In this document: in pieces, positions 23,762-32,000 of the stretch
Numbering within the stretch: the stretch's first letter is position 1
Layout: each line of letters starts with the position of its first letter
Assembly (NCBI RefSeq): GCF_000015585.1
Contig: NC_008789.1
Coordinates: forward strand, 840,001-872,000
Direction of reading: 5' to 3'
DNA from: Halorhodospira halophila SL1
GTDB lineage: Bacteria; Pseudomonadota; Gammaproteobacteria; Nitrococcales; Halorhodospiraceae
DNA length: 32,000 nt
Notes under the pieces: model-generated
The model's input: the letters and a program-made list of their open reading frames with translations, nothing else
Databases searched by the model: none
Told to the model about the DNA's origin: nothing
Translations under genes and position numbers: made by a program

Positions 23762-24871
23762 ATGAAAAGCGAATCGCAGATTCCCCCAATCGCCTTTTTC
23801 GTCCCCAGCGTGATTGGCGGCGGCGCGCAGCGCGTCTTTGTCACATTGGCAAACACGCTCGTCGATATGACTGCGCACCCGATCCACTTGGTGGTCATCC
23901 GCGATGGCGGGGAGTTCTGGTCCGAAGTACGGCCTGAGGTGGAGATCGTCAACCTGGGGGCCAGCCGCATGCGGTATGCCCTACCAGCGCTCACTCGCTA
24001 CCTCCAGACCGTGCGACCTCAGGCTCTGTGCTCGACACTCACCTACTGCAACGTCGTCACAATCCTCGCGTGGCGGTTGGCCGGGCGACCATGCCGACTC
24101 CTCGTCCGCGAAGCCAACGTCGTACGCAAGGAGGAGAGCGTCAGACGCGCCCTCATGCGCTTAACGTACCCCCAAGCCGATCACGTCATCGCGCTTTCGC
24201 CGGAGCTTCATTCGAACATCCTTGACGCCAACGTCCCAGTGCGCGACAGCATCGCCACCATCGGCAACCCCGCCCTGGACTTTCAAGCGATCGAGCGCAC
24301 GACGGCGGCGCTTGACTTTTTGCCCCGGCCAAACCCCCGGTTCATTTGTGCGGTCGGCAGTCTGACTTATCAAAAAGGCTTCGACACGCTTCTCACGGCC
24401 TTCGCTCGGCTGAGCGACACTTCCGTACACCTTGTCATTCTAGGGGAAGGAGAGCTACGTCCCTCCCTGGAGGCACAAAGCGAGAAGCTGGGCATCGCTC
24501 ACCGTGTGCATCTCGTGGGGTTCGTTGCACGCCCGACCGATATCGTTCAACACGCATCCCTTTTCGTTTTGTCGTCCCGCTGGGAGGGCTTCCCCAACGT
24601 GCTGCTTGAAGCCTTAGGGACAGGGGTGCCGGTGGTCGCCACCGATTGCCCCGGGGCCAACCGTTCAATACTGCGAGACGGCGAGCTGGGCCATCTTGCC
24701 GATCCAGACGACCCGGACGCGTTAGCCCACTCCATCGCTGAGGCGTTGACGGACCCAAGAGCGACTCCAACGGAGCGCCAAGAGCGCGCTCAGGAGTTTG
24801 CCGCGCCAAAGATCGCGCGCGAATATCTCGACCTATTCGGTGCCGCATCCAAAACCGCGCCGGAACGCTAA
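23762..24871 (+). CDS. Glycosyltransferase family 4
   Basis: IAFFVPSVIGGGAQRVFVTLAN, GSLTYQKGFDTLL and SSRWEGFPNVLLEALGTGVPVVATDCPG are present. The ORF is open from 23630, but GT4 homology begins at Met 23762. Confidence 0.8.
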   Translation: MKSESQIPPIAFFVPSVIGGGAQRVFVTLANTLVDMTAHPIHLVVIRDGGEFWSEVRPEVEIVNLGASRMRYALPALTRYLQTVRPQALCSTLTYCNVVTILAWRLAGRPCRLLVREANVVRKEESVRRALMRLTYPQADHVIALSPELHSNILDANVPVRDSIATIGNPALDFQAIERTTAALDFLPRPNPRFICAVGSLTYQKGFDTLLTAFARLSDTSVHLVILGEGELRPSLEAQSEKLGIAHRVHLVGFVARPTDIVQHASLFVLSSRWEGFPNVLLEALGTGVPVVATDCPGANRSILRDGELGHLADPDDPDALAHSIAEALTDPRATPTERQERAQEFAAPKIAREYLDLFGAASKTAPER

Positions 24872-25035
24872 AAATCCTGGCTCACCCTGAACATTTTTTG
24901 TCTCCTTATCCTCTAAGTCACGCAAACCACGAGTACTGCGCCTCCTAATCATTAATTCCCGCAACATCTATCCCACTCAGGGTAAGCGTTGCGGTTTTGA
25001 ATATTGAGCCTCCCTCCAGTTTATTTTTTTACTGC

Positions 25036-26301
25036 ATGACACGCTTAAGAAGTCCAGCTTACCAACCGCCAACCCACCGCGGCAAAACATCCGGGAACGG
25101 GAGCCTTTTTTTTCTAGGTGGGTTGTTCCTACTGTTTTTTTTATTGGTTTTCCGTTTACGCGTTGATCTTTATGACCTAACCATACCTTTAGCCTTTCTG
25201 TCTCTTTTTTTTCTGTATCACAGCCAGAGGTTACCACTTCATTTTCTGTCTGGCTTTGCTCTTCTATTGGCTTTTTCAGCTTACACATACATTATATCAA
25301 TCGCACAAGAGCCAACCGTAGATTCTCATATACTGCTAAAGCAACCACGGGTTTTGCTTTCGTATGCTTCGGTTTTTATTATAACGTGGGCGCTTTTGCG
25401 AAACAATCCTGATATATCCATAAACGCTGCGCACAAGACACTTGCAGCCGTCCTTTCCCTGCATCCGTTAATACTTTTTCTTCAGGTCGTCATACCATCA
25501 TTCAATGAGTGGTGGGCTGCAAGCTTTTTAGCCACCGGCGCTTTTAATATAGAGCGTGGTCGCGGTCTTTCGCCAGGTACTAGTGCAGGCGGGCAGATTC
25601 TTGGCTTCATTTCTCTTTATTATTTTTATCTGTCGAGCCGATTAGACAACCCGAGATACGCACTGGCAGCCCTGTTGACTTTACCTCTTTATCCTTTAAG
25701 CGCTTTGGCGGGCCTTGCCCCTTTTACCATTGGATTTCTATATTGGACGTACTCAGGAGGCCTGCGGCTTGTACCCTTCACCAAATGGGCTGTTGGACTT
25801 TTGGTCGTCATGGCATTTACATGCTTCGCATATTTTATAGACCCTGACAACCTGCTCTTCCAGAGGCTTCAACAGGGTCTACTTCGCGTTTTTGCTGGAC
25901 TTGGTTTTTACGATTCACAGGTTTTACATGGAGACCCAAGGGCCTCGCAGCAATCATTATTAGGAAGTTACAGCACGCCTCCGCTAGATAGACCAGGACA
26001 GTGGCTTTTTGGAAACGCCCAAGAGTACGGACCCGACAAAACTTTCTCTAGCGACGCAGGCTTCGTCCGTTTTCTGCACGTATACGGAATAACGGGCACA
26101 GCATTGGCTTTCTTTGTCATTGCTTGGTTTGTTTATACTGGTAAAAGCATATTGCTCTTTCTATTTGCATTATCTTTCTTTGTTTTACAATACAAAAACC
26201 ACATGCTGTTTGGCCGCATCTCATTTGATCTTTTCTTCCTCTGGTGGACTCTATCAATACTTGAAAGGAATGCATACAATCACCGAAGCTCCAGCCACTG
26301 A
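25036..26301 (+). CDS. Polytopic membrane protein, Wzy / O-antigen-ligase-like polymerase
   Basis: About 10 or more hydrophobic segments throughout, with a larger loop region (GFYDSQVLHGDPRASQQSLLGSYSTPPLDRPGQWLFGN). AT-rich. Called from context inside the glycan locus. The start is ambiguous (TTG 24997 or ATG 25036). Confidence 0.55.
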   Translation: MTRLRSPAYQPPTHRGKTSGNGSLFFLGGLFLLFFLLVFRLRVDLYDLTIPLAFLSLFFLYHSQRLPLHFLSGFALLLAFSAYTYIISIAQEPTVDSHILLKQPRVLLSYASVFIITWALLRNNPDISINAAHKTLAAVLSLHPLILFLQVVIPSFNEWWAASFLATGAFNIERGRGLSPGTSAGGQILGFISLYYFYLSSRLDNPRYALAALLTLPLYPLSALAGLAPFTIGFLYWTYSGGLRLVPFTKWAVGLLVVMAFTCFAYFIDPDNLLFQRLQQGLLRVFAGLGFYDSQVLHGDPRASQQSLLGSYSTPPLDRPGQWLFGNAQEYGPDKTFSSDAGFVRFLHVYGITGTALAFFVIAWFVYTGKSILLFLFALSFFVLQYKNHMLFGRISFDLFFLWWTLSILERNAYNHRSSSH

Positions 26302-26491
26302 TACACCTTCGGCACCATGATCATGATATTTAGATTCGTCGCATAAACTATCATATTTTCGGGCGCTGGGTAATCCGGTGCCTCAGACGAGTTACCCTCG
26401 GTTCTGGATACAACATAACCTAACGATCCAAGACTAGCACTGCGCTTTCATGTGGTAGATGCTAAATTTTCCAGGCTGACTCAACCAAGAC

Positions 26492-27601
26492 ATGAAAACG
26501 ATCGCATACGTAGTATCTAGCCTTCCACCATCCGGCCCGACTACCCAGTTACTTCACTTGCTAAAGAACCTCGACCGTGACCGCTTCATGCCTCGTCTCG
26601 TTGTTTTATCACCTGAGCGCGGCAATCGCTCCGTGCGCTCCGAGCTTCCCTCTGATGTAGAGGTTCACTCGCTCGATCTCGGTCGGCTATCAGCCGTCGG
26701 ACGCGGCGCGCGGGATCTTGATCGGATTCTTAAAAGGATTGATCCCAAGATCGTCCATACGAGCGGCGCACGCCCGGATAGCTGGGTCTCTCGTCTCACA
26801 GGGCAGTGGCGGCACCTAGCCACCTTGCGTAATGACCCGTTTCACGATTACCCGTCCCGCTTCGGGACTCTCCTTGGCCGAGTGCTTGCCTTCTGGCACT
26901 TGCGTGCTCTGCGCCGGGTACAGCAGCCTGTCGCGTGCTCCTCGGAGCTTGCCCGTACATACTCCCGACAATACGGCATATCAGCTGAAGCCATTCGGAA
27001 CGGAGTAGATACTGACTACTTTCGACCTAGCGACGACTTGCCGACCGAGCGCACGGACTTTCTTTGGGTGGGATCACTCATCCCGCGCAAAGAGCCGAAT
27101 CTAATGATAGACGCCTTCGGGCACGCGTTCCCACGAGATGTTCCCGGGCCATCGACCCCCGGCCTCTCCATGCTTGGGGATGGGCCGCTCAGCAACCAAC
27201 TCGCGTCCGAGGCCAATCACCCAGGAGTGAGCTTGAATGGCGCCGTCGACGATCCCCTGCCCTACTACCATCAAGCGTCCTGGTTCGTGAGCACATCCCG
27301 CAGCGAGGGTCTGCCCAATGCCGCCCTGGAGGCGCTCTCTTGCGGCCTTCCAGCACTATTGAGCGACATACCGGCCCATCGAGAGCTCGCGGAGCATGCC
27401 GGAGAAGCGGTGCGCTTGGTCCCGGAGCACAGCACGAAGGCTTGGGCAGAAGCCCTGCATGCCGCCGCCTCGGATTGTAACCTTCCCGCACGACGGTACG
27501 CGGCTCGGCAGGCTGCAGAGCGACACTTTTCCGCGAGGGCGATGGCAAAGCAATACATGGCTCTCTACGAGGACCTGATTCAGCAAGGGCGCTGCTCATG
27601 A
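26492..27601 (+). CDS. Glycosyltransferase family 4
   Basis: FLWVGSLIPRKEPNLMI and STSRSEGLPNAALEALSCGLPALLSDIPAHRELAE (EX7E) are present. Confidence 0.8.
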   Translation: MKTIAYVVSSLPPSGPTTQLLHLLKNLDRDRFMPRLVVLSPERGNRSVRSELPSDVEVHSLDLGRLSAVGRGARDLDRILKRIDPKIVHTSGARPDSWVSRLTGQWRHLATLRNDPFHDYPSRFGTLLGRVLAFWHLRALRRVQQPVACSSELARTYSRQYGISAEAIRNGVDTDYFRPSDDLPTERTDFLWVGSLIPRKEPNLMIDAFGHAFPRDVPGPSTPGLSMLGDGPLSNQLASEANHPGVSLNGAVDDPLPYYHQASWFVSTSRSEGLPNAALEALSCGLPALLSDIPAHRELAEHAGEAVRLVPEHSTKAWAEALHAAASDCNLPARRYAARQAAERHFSARAMAKQYMALYEDLIQQGRCS

Positions 27602-28884
27602 CGAAGTTCAACACGTTAGAGCGTCGTGTCGCCCGTCTCCTCACTGGTGCTCCGAGGACGAAGTCTGTCGCGAAGGCTGCTTGGCAGCGGTGGTCGTACC
27701 TGCTGAACCGACCTAACTTCCGGCGCTCGTGCCACTACCCCATCCGCTCTCTGGGAAGTCCTGATACCGCTTCCTTCTTCGGCTATTACGATCATAGTCC
27801 GGCGTCACCGGATGACCATCGCCTGCTTTGGCACGAGACCAACGCTGATACCGCCCGTCCCCCCGAGTGTGCCTCCTCTATCGACATCGTGCTGGCGGAC
27901 CCGAACGGAACCCCCTTAGGCCGCTGGCCAACCCGCGCGTTCAACTGGCAGCAAGGGGCGCGGCTGCAGTGGCTCGATACGCACACCTTTCTCTACAACG
28001 ACTTTGACAGCAACGAGCAACGCTATGTCGCGCGGCTGCGTGACAGTGAGGGAAGCTGGCTCCGTGACCTCTCCCACGCCGTCTACGACGCTTCCGCCCA
28101 ATCGGGGCTTGCGGTTTCCATCAACTTCGAGCGGCTCGCGCAGCTGCGGCCCGATTACGGCTACTTCGCTCGCGCGGTTGGTGCGGCGCCACCAATGCCC
28201 TCGGATCACGAGGACGGCCTGTGGGTTGTCCCCGTCGACGGCAGCGCCCCAAGCCTTGCTGTCTCATTAGCTACGCTTTCGGATAAGTCCGGCCGTAAGG
28301 GCGATCAGCGTAAGGTCAACCATCCAATGCTGGACCCTACGGGCAAGCACTGCGTGTTTCTCTATCGCGTCTTCGAACAGGGGCGGCGGCACGACAGCCT
28401 GTGGCTTTTGGATCTTACAACCGGCTCGCTAGACCAGCTCTTAGATACTGGCATGGTAAGCCACCTTGCCTGGTACGACACGGACTGGCTCATCGGGTAC
28501 TTGCGGGGCCAGGACGGGAAAGACGGTTACTACTGGTTGGACCGATCCGGCCACCTGCAACCTCTTGCGGAGCGTAAACTAGACGAGCACGGCGATGGCC
28601 ACCCCTCCGTGCACGGTCGTTGGGTTGTCACCGACACCTACCCGGATAAGGGCCGTCTACAGCACCTACGCCTCTTGGACCTCGAAACCGGTCGCGTCGA
28701 GCACGTTGGCAGCTTTTTCCACGGCTTCCGGTACGCTGGACCTCAGCGGTGCGATCTGCACCCTCGCTTTGCGCCCGATGGTCAAGCGATTTTCTTCGAC
28801 TCGGTCCACGAAGGCCTCCGGCGCCTTTACTGCGTCGATGTGAGAAGCACTTGCCCCGAAAACCTGACAGAGGAATACGCTTGA
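27598..28884 (+). CDS. TolB/PD40-like beta-propeller protein of unknown function (oligogalacturonide-lyase-like tail)
   Basis: FFGYYDHSPASPDDHRLLWHE, NHPMLDPTGKHCVFLY and the C-terminal CDLHPRFAPDGQAIFFDSVHEGLRRLYCVDV resemble PD40-type propeller blades. ATGA overlaps the upstream GT4 gene. Confidence 0.5.
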   Translation: MTKFNTLERRVARLLTGAPRTKSVAKAAWQRWSYLLNRPNFRRSCHYPIRSLGSPDTASFFGYYDHSPASPDDHRLLWHETNADTARPPECASSIDIVLADPNGTPLGRWPTRAFNWQQGARLQWLDTHTFLYNDFDSNEQRYVARLRDSEGSWLRDLSHAVYDASAQSGLAVSINFERLAQLRPDYGYFARAVGAAPPMPSDHEDGLWVVPVDGSAPSLAVSLATLSDKSGRKGDQRKVNHPMLDPTGKHCVFLYRVFEQGRRHDSLWLLDLTTGSLDQLLDTGMVSHLAWYDTDWLIGYLRGQDGKDGYYWLDRSGHLQPLAERKLDEHGDGHPSVHGRWVVTDTYPDKGRLQHLRLLDLETGRVEHVGSFFHGFRYAGPQRCDLHPRFAPDGQAIFFDSVHEGLRRLYCVDVRSTCPENLTEEYA

Positions 28885-29030
28885 CATCCCGTACCTGATG
28901 TGTACGTCGCTACCCGGTTGAGATTTTATCGCATGCCTGCGCGAGCACGAAAACATTGCTAAAATGATGCGCCCCCATTTAGCAAATTGATTGGCGATTT
29001 CAATCTGCGCGCCATGGACTTCTACGCCCT

Positions 29031-29855
29031 ATGCAAACAGACGTTTCTATATTACTCGCCACTTATTCCGGCGACTCCCCAGAACTTTTACATAAGAGCC
29101 TCGAAAGCCTTGAGCACCAGACCTTGCCGCCTGACGAGGTCATATTAGTTGAATCAGGCGCCCTGACACAAGCGCAGAGAGAGGTCATCGAAGAAAAACA
29201 GAAACAACTTCCACTTCGCCGAGTCCTGAAAGAAAAAAACGAGGGGCTGGGCGCTGCTTTAGCCGAAGGCCTCAAGCATGCGCGCTGTGAATGGGTTGCA
29301 AGAATTGACGCTGACGATATTGCCTTCACGGACCGACTGGAACGCCAAAACCAACACCTGATTAAAAACCCAGGCATTGACATTCTCGGAGGAGGCGCTG
29401 TAGAAATTGATTACGATGGAAATATTGGAAAAACCAGGGTCATGCCAACAAAGCATGACAAGATTTCTAAAACAATCTGGGCCTGCCCAGTCATTCACCC
29501 TAGCGTTACTTTTCGCCGGAGAAGAATTTTAGAGGTAGGCAACTACAACCCAAGCTTACCCAGAGGCCAAGACTACGAGCTCTGGTTCCGTGCTTTGCAC
29601 AACGGGCTAAGATTTGAAAACCTTCCCGACCCCGTCGTCTACTACCGATTTTCCCAAGACAATATTCGGCGCCAGCCTCCCCGTGAGTGTTTTGTCCAGG
29701 GGCAAATTGGTTGGCGTGGCTGCCGCATGCTGGGTTTACCCTTATGGCAGCATTTGGCGGTTTGGTATCCCTTTGCTCGAAGCCTTCTTCCCCTGCCTTT
29801 GGCGGAAGCAGCATATCGTTTTTCACAGAGGATTGATCCACGGCTCGCACGTTGA
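29031..29855 (+). CDS. Glycosyltransferase family 2
   Basis: VSILLATYSGDSPELLHKSLESLEHQTLPPDEVILVESG and the DxD-type ARIDADDIAFTDRLERQ are present. Confidence 0.8.
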   Translation: MQTDVSILLATYSGDSPELLHKSLESLEHQTLPPDEVILVESGALTQAQREVIEEKQKQLPLRRVLKEKNEGLGAALAEGLKHARCEWVARIDADDIAFTDRLERQNQHLIKNPGIDILGGGAVEIDYDGNIGKTRVMPTKHDKISKTIWACPVIHPSVTFRRRRILEVGNYNPSLPRGQDYELWFRALHNGLRFENLPDPVVYYRFSQDNIRRQPPRECFVQGQIGWRGCRMLGLPLWQHLAVWYPFARSLLPLPLAEAAYRFSQRIDPRLAR

Positions 29856-30064
29856 ACACCAGATCACACAGAAAAGGAGTAAACACACGTCGAGCTCACA
29901 ACTCGCGCTTCTGATAGATTACCGTAGCCACCGTGACCATTGCGGAACACCTCGTAACAGACCGGTTCCGATGAGTGAGTCGGCTACGGTTGGGGAGTGT
30001 GTTGCAGCCACGCCCACAACCACAGCACTGCACTCGCCAACCCTTCCCAGGGCGTCGGAATGTT

Positions 30065-30580
30065 TCAACCCCGATCCGACAGTGAGTGCACGTTTTCTTG
30101 ATGAATGTCGCTCTTCGTCCTCGGGGTCGATAGCTCCTCTGCGCTGGCCGTCAGGAAGGCTTCGGCGCTCTGGGCCACGCCGTCCTCGGGGTTAATGGCG
30201 ACCTCCTGTGGAGGCGTGCGCGCGATCGGACGTCCCTTGGGATACCGGTGAGGGTGCTCGGCGAAGTAGGCGTCGAGGGCGGCCTGGCGCTGTGCGCGGA
30301 CGGCCTCGACGCGGCCCTCGAAGACCTCGGCCGGGGTGTAGTAGGCGAGACCCTCATGCGGGCGGTGCTTGTAGCTTTCCATGAACGCGCTCATCCACTC
30401 GCGAGCGTGGTCGATGCCCTGGAACCGGCCGGGATACCCCGGGCTGTACTTGATCGTCTTGAAATGCGCCTCACTGAAGGGGTTGTCGTTGCTCACCCTC
30501 GGCCGGGAATAGCTGCGCCGGACGCCGTGGCTGTCGAGGAACTCCCGATAGCTCTGGGCGATCATCCCCGAGTTCCACAG
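30065..30580 (-). pseudogene. C-terminal fragment of a DDE integrase-core (rve) transposase, IS3-family-like
   Basis: SGMIAQSYREFLDSHGVRRSYSRPRVSNDNPFSEAHFKTIKY...ESYKHRPHEGLAYYTPAEVFEGR covers only the region around the catalytic Glu and the C-terminus. No upstream D-D region is present; the frame hits a stop near 30581. Confidence 0.7.
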
Positions 30581-30641
30581 CTATGCGCCTAAGTTGTTGA
30601 GTCGCCGACGGCGCGACCCCCGAAAATGTCACAACAGGCCT

Positions 30642-32000
30642 TCAAGCCGGGTGCTGAGGCACCTCTACACCTAGCTCGTCGAAGAGCTGGAGTTGCTCCG
30701 GTGTCGGCTTGGTCACCCGCTCGTAGTCCTGCCCGGCGAGGTGAACTTTGTGGCGCTGTATACGGCGCAGCGCCCGTAACGCGTTCTCCGGTGAGTAACC
30801 GCTACCAGCCGCCTTGAGACGCCGGCGCAGGATGCGATGCAGAACCAGGGCCAGGAAGCAGATGAGCGCGTGGGCACGGACGCGCTCCGGCAGCCGGTGG
30901 TAGACCGGCGCGATTTGGATGTCGCTCTTGAGCACGCGGAAGCCGCGCTCAATGTCCGCAAGGGCCCGATAGCGGTCGGCGATCTCGCTCGGCGAGTACT
31001 CGTGGAGGCTCGTGACCAGCAGCAGCTTGCCGTCGAGCCGCTCGGCGGCCGCCCACGCCTCTTCGTCGATGTCATAGCGGAATTGCTCGGCGCCGAGGTC
31101 GGCCTTGACGATGCTCGAGAGGCTGCTGCGCAGGACGTGCTGATGGAAGCGCCGATGGGCGCTGCGATCAGTCGAGCGCCGCCCGCGGCCGGGCTTTCCC
31201 GCATCCTGGTTGTCGAGTCGCTGGGCCAGGGCCTCGCCGATCTGCTCTAGCCGGTGGATCTTGTGCCGGCGCGAGGCCTGCTGTTCGGCAGCCCGTTGCG
31301 GGTTGTGCGCCACAATCAGCCGGCGCCCCTGCCAAGTGGTCTCGGTGACGGCTTCGCCCTCATGCTCTGCCGCCTGCTTCTCGAGCTGCGGCTGCAGCTC
31401 GCTCATCAAGCCGGTGAACTCCGCATACCGGCGTCCGGGCACCGCCAGGATGTAATCGATAGCCAGGTCGTGCTGCGCGCTGAGCGCCTCCAGCGTGTCG
31501 ACATTGTCGAGGCTGAGCAGCCCCCGATCCGCGACCACGGCCACACGCCTGATCGGGTAGCGGCTGAGCAGGCGCTGGAGCATGGGTGCCAGGGTGCGCG
31601 TCTCCGCGACATTGCCCTCGAAGACCTCGTGGGCGATCGGCAGGCCATCGGAGGTCTGCACGACCCCGAGGGCGAATTGGCGGGCAACGCCGCCTGTGTC
31701 CTTGCTCTTGCCGCGCTGGCGCAGATCGTCCGCGACCTCCTCCACACCGTGGATGCGCACCGTGGTGATGTCCCAGAACACGACGCTGAGCTCCTGATCG
31801 AGCAGGGGCTTGAGCTGCCCGGCAATGGCCTGCTCGACCCGCTCGGGGTGGTTCATCAGCGCGTCCATGGCGCGCAGCAGCTGCTCGTGGTGCAGTTGCT
31901 CAGAATCCACACCCGGGAGGCTGACATCCTCCTGAAGCCAGTCGAGCACGCCGCGCTTGCTCCGCGGTGCAGCCAGCCGGTTGAAGACCATGGCGCGGAT
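30642..32000 (-). CDS. IS4/IS1634-family DDE transposase; N-terminus outside the window
   Basis: VVFWDITTVRIHG, VAVVADRGLLSLDNVDTLE, DYILAVPGRR, LLLVTSL and YRALADIERGFRVLKSDIQIAPVYHRL are DDE_Tnp_1-type motifs. The frame stays open to the window edge. Confidence 0.8.
   Translation of the reverse strand: MRAMVFNRLAAPRSKRGVLDWLQEDVSLPGVDSEQLHHEQLLRAMDALMNHPERVEQAIAGQLKPLLDQELSVVFWDITTVRIHGVEEVADDLRQRGKSKDTGGVARQFALGVVQTSDGLPIAHEVFEGNVAETRTLAPMLQRLLSRYPIRRVAVVADRGLLSLDNVDTLEALSAQHDLAIDYILAVPGRRYAEFTGLMSELQPQLEKQAAEHEGEAVTETTWQGRRLIVAHNPQRAAEQQASRRHKIHRLEQIGEALAQRLDNQDAGKPGRGRRSTDRSAHRRFHQHVLRSSLSSIVKADLGAEQFRYDIDEEAWAAAERLDGKLLLVTSLHEYSPSEIADRYRALADIERGFRVLKSDIQIAPVYHRLPERVRAHALICFLALVLHRILRRRLKAAGSGYSPENALRALRRIQRHKVHLAGQDYERVTKPTPEQLQLFDELGVEVPQHPA

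Noticed and set aside
24959-25000. Possible intrinsic terminator ccgcaac...gttgcgg followed by TTTT after the GT4 gene.
   Set aside because: The stem is only 7 bp with a ~22-nt loop and the T-run is short. This is too weak to call.
1-32000. CRISPR arrays, tRNA/rRNA genes, and toxin-antitoxin or defence-system gene pairs.
   Set aside because: I saw no regularly spaced direct repeats, cloverleaf-like segments or rRNA-like conserved stretches. Every sizeable ORF is accounted for by glycan biosynthesis or transposition functions.

Overview
GC-rich bacterial DNA, probably proteobacterial (by eye about two-thirds G+C in the backbone; not computed). The window is a large exopolysaccharide / surface-glycan biosynthesis locus. 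It is strongly mosaic in base composition and is broken by mobile-element wreckage.

Gene order: a partial Rpn/DUF4351 gene, a MarR-type EPS-associated regulator, an MsbA-like ABC exporter, a MurA-like/MurB-like pair, and an AT-rich sulfotransferase plus GT2. Next comes a 4.4-kb mobile-element graveyard: a group II intron 3' remnant with an intact domain V, a complete IS3-family element abutting a 146-bp inverted fragment of a second copy, a truncated transposase HTH stub, and an IS110-family transposase. After that come galE, an AT-rich GT4 and a P-loop kinase-like gene.

Then follows a translationally coupled operon (15088-22448). It encodes a 1027-aa nucleotidyltransferase::PPDK_N::phosphohistidine-domain fusion, a class-I glutamine amidotransferase-like hydrolase, a stand-alone nucleotidyltransferase, a LicD::SGNH-like fusion, a sulfotransferase-fold protein and a GT4 stub. 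The rest of the window holds three GT4 genes, a Wzy/O-antigen-ligase-like membrane protein, a TolB-like beta-propeller protein, a GT2, and an IS3-like rve fragment cut by an IS4/IS1634-family element that runs off the window.

The most interesting call is the kinase / amidotransferase-like hydrolase / nucleotidyltransferase trio. It has the same order and domain content as the Campylobacter jejuni Cj1418-Cj1417-Cj1416 phosphoramidate (MeOPN) pathway. Here it carries an extra fused nucleotidyltransferase domain and is coupled to a LicD-family transferase instead of the Campylobacter downstream enzymes. This suggests an undescribed phosphoramidate-type (or related phospho-X) decoration route for a polysaccharide that is probably also sulfated and carboxyethylated.

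I saw no rRNA, tRNA or CRISPR array. All family assignments rest on motif recognition by eye. No searches were run.
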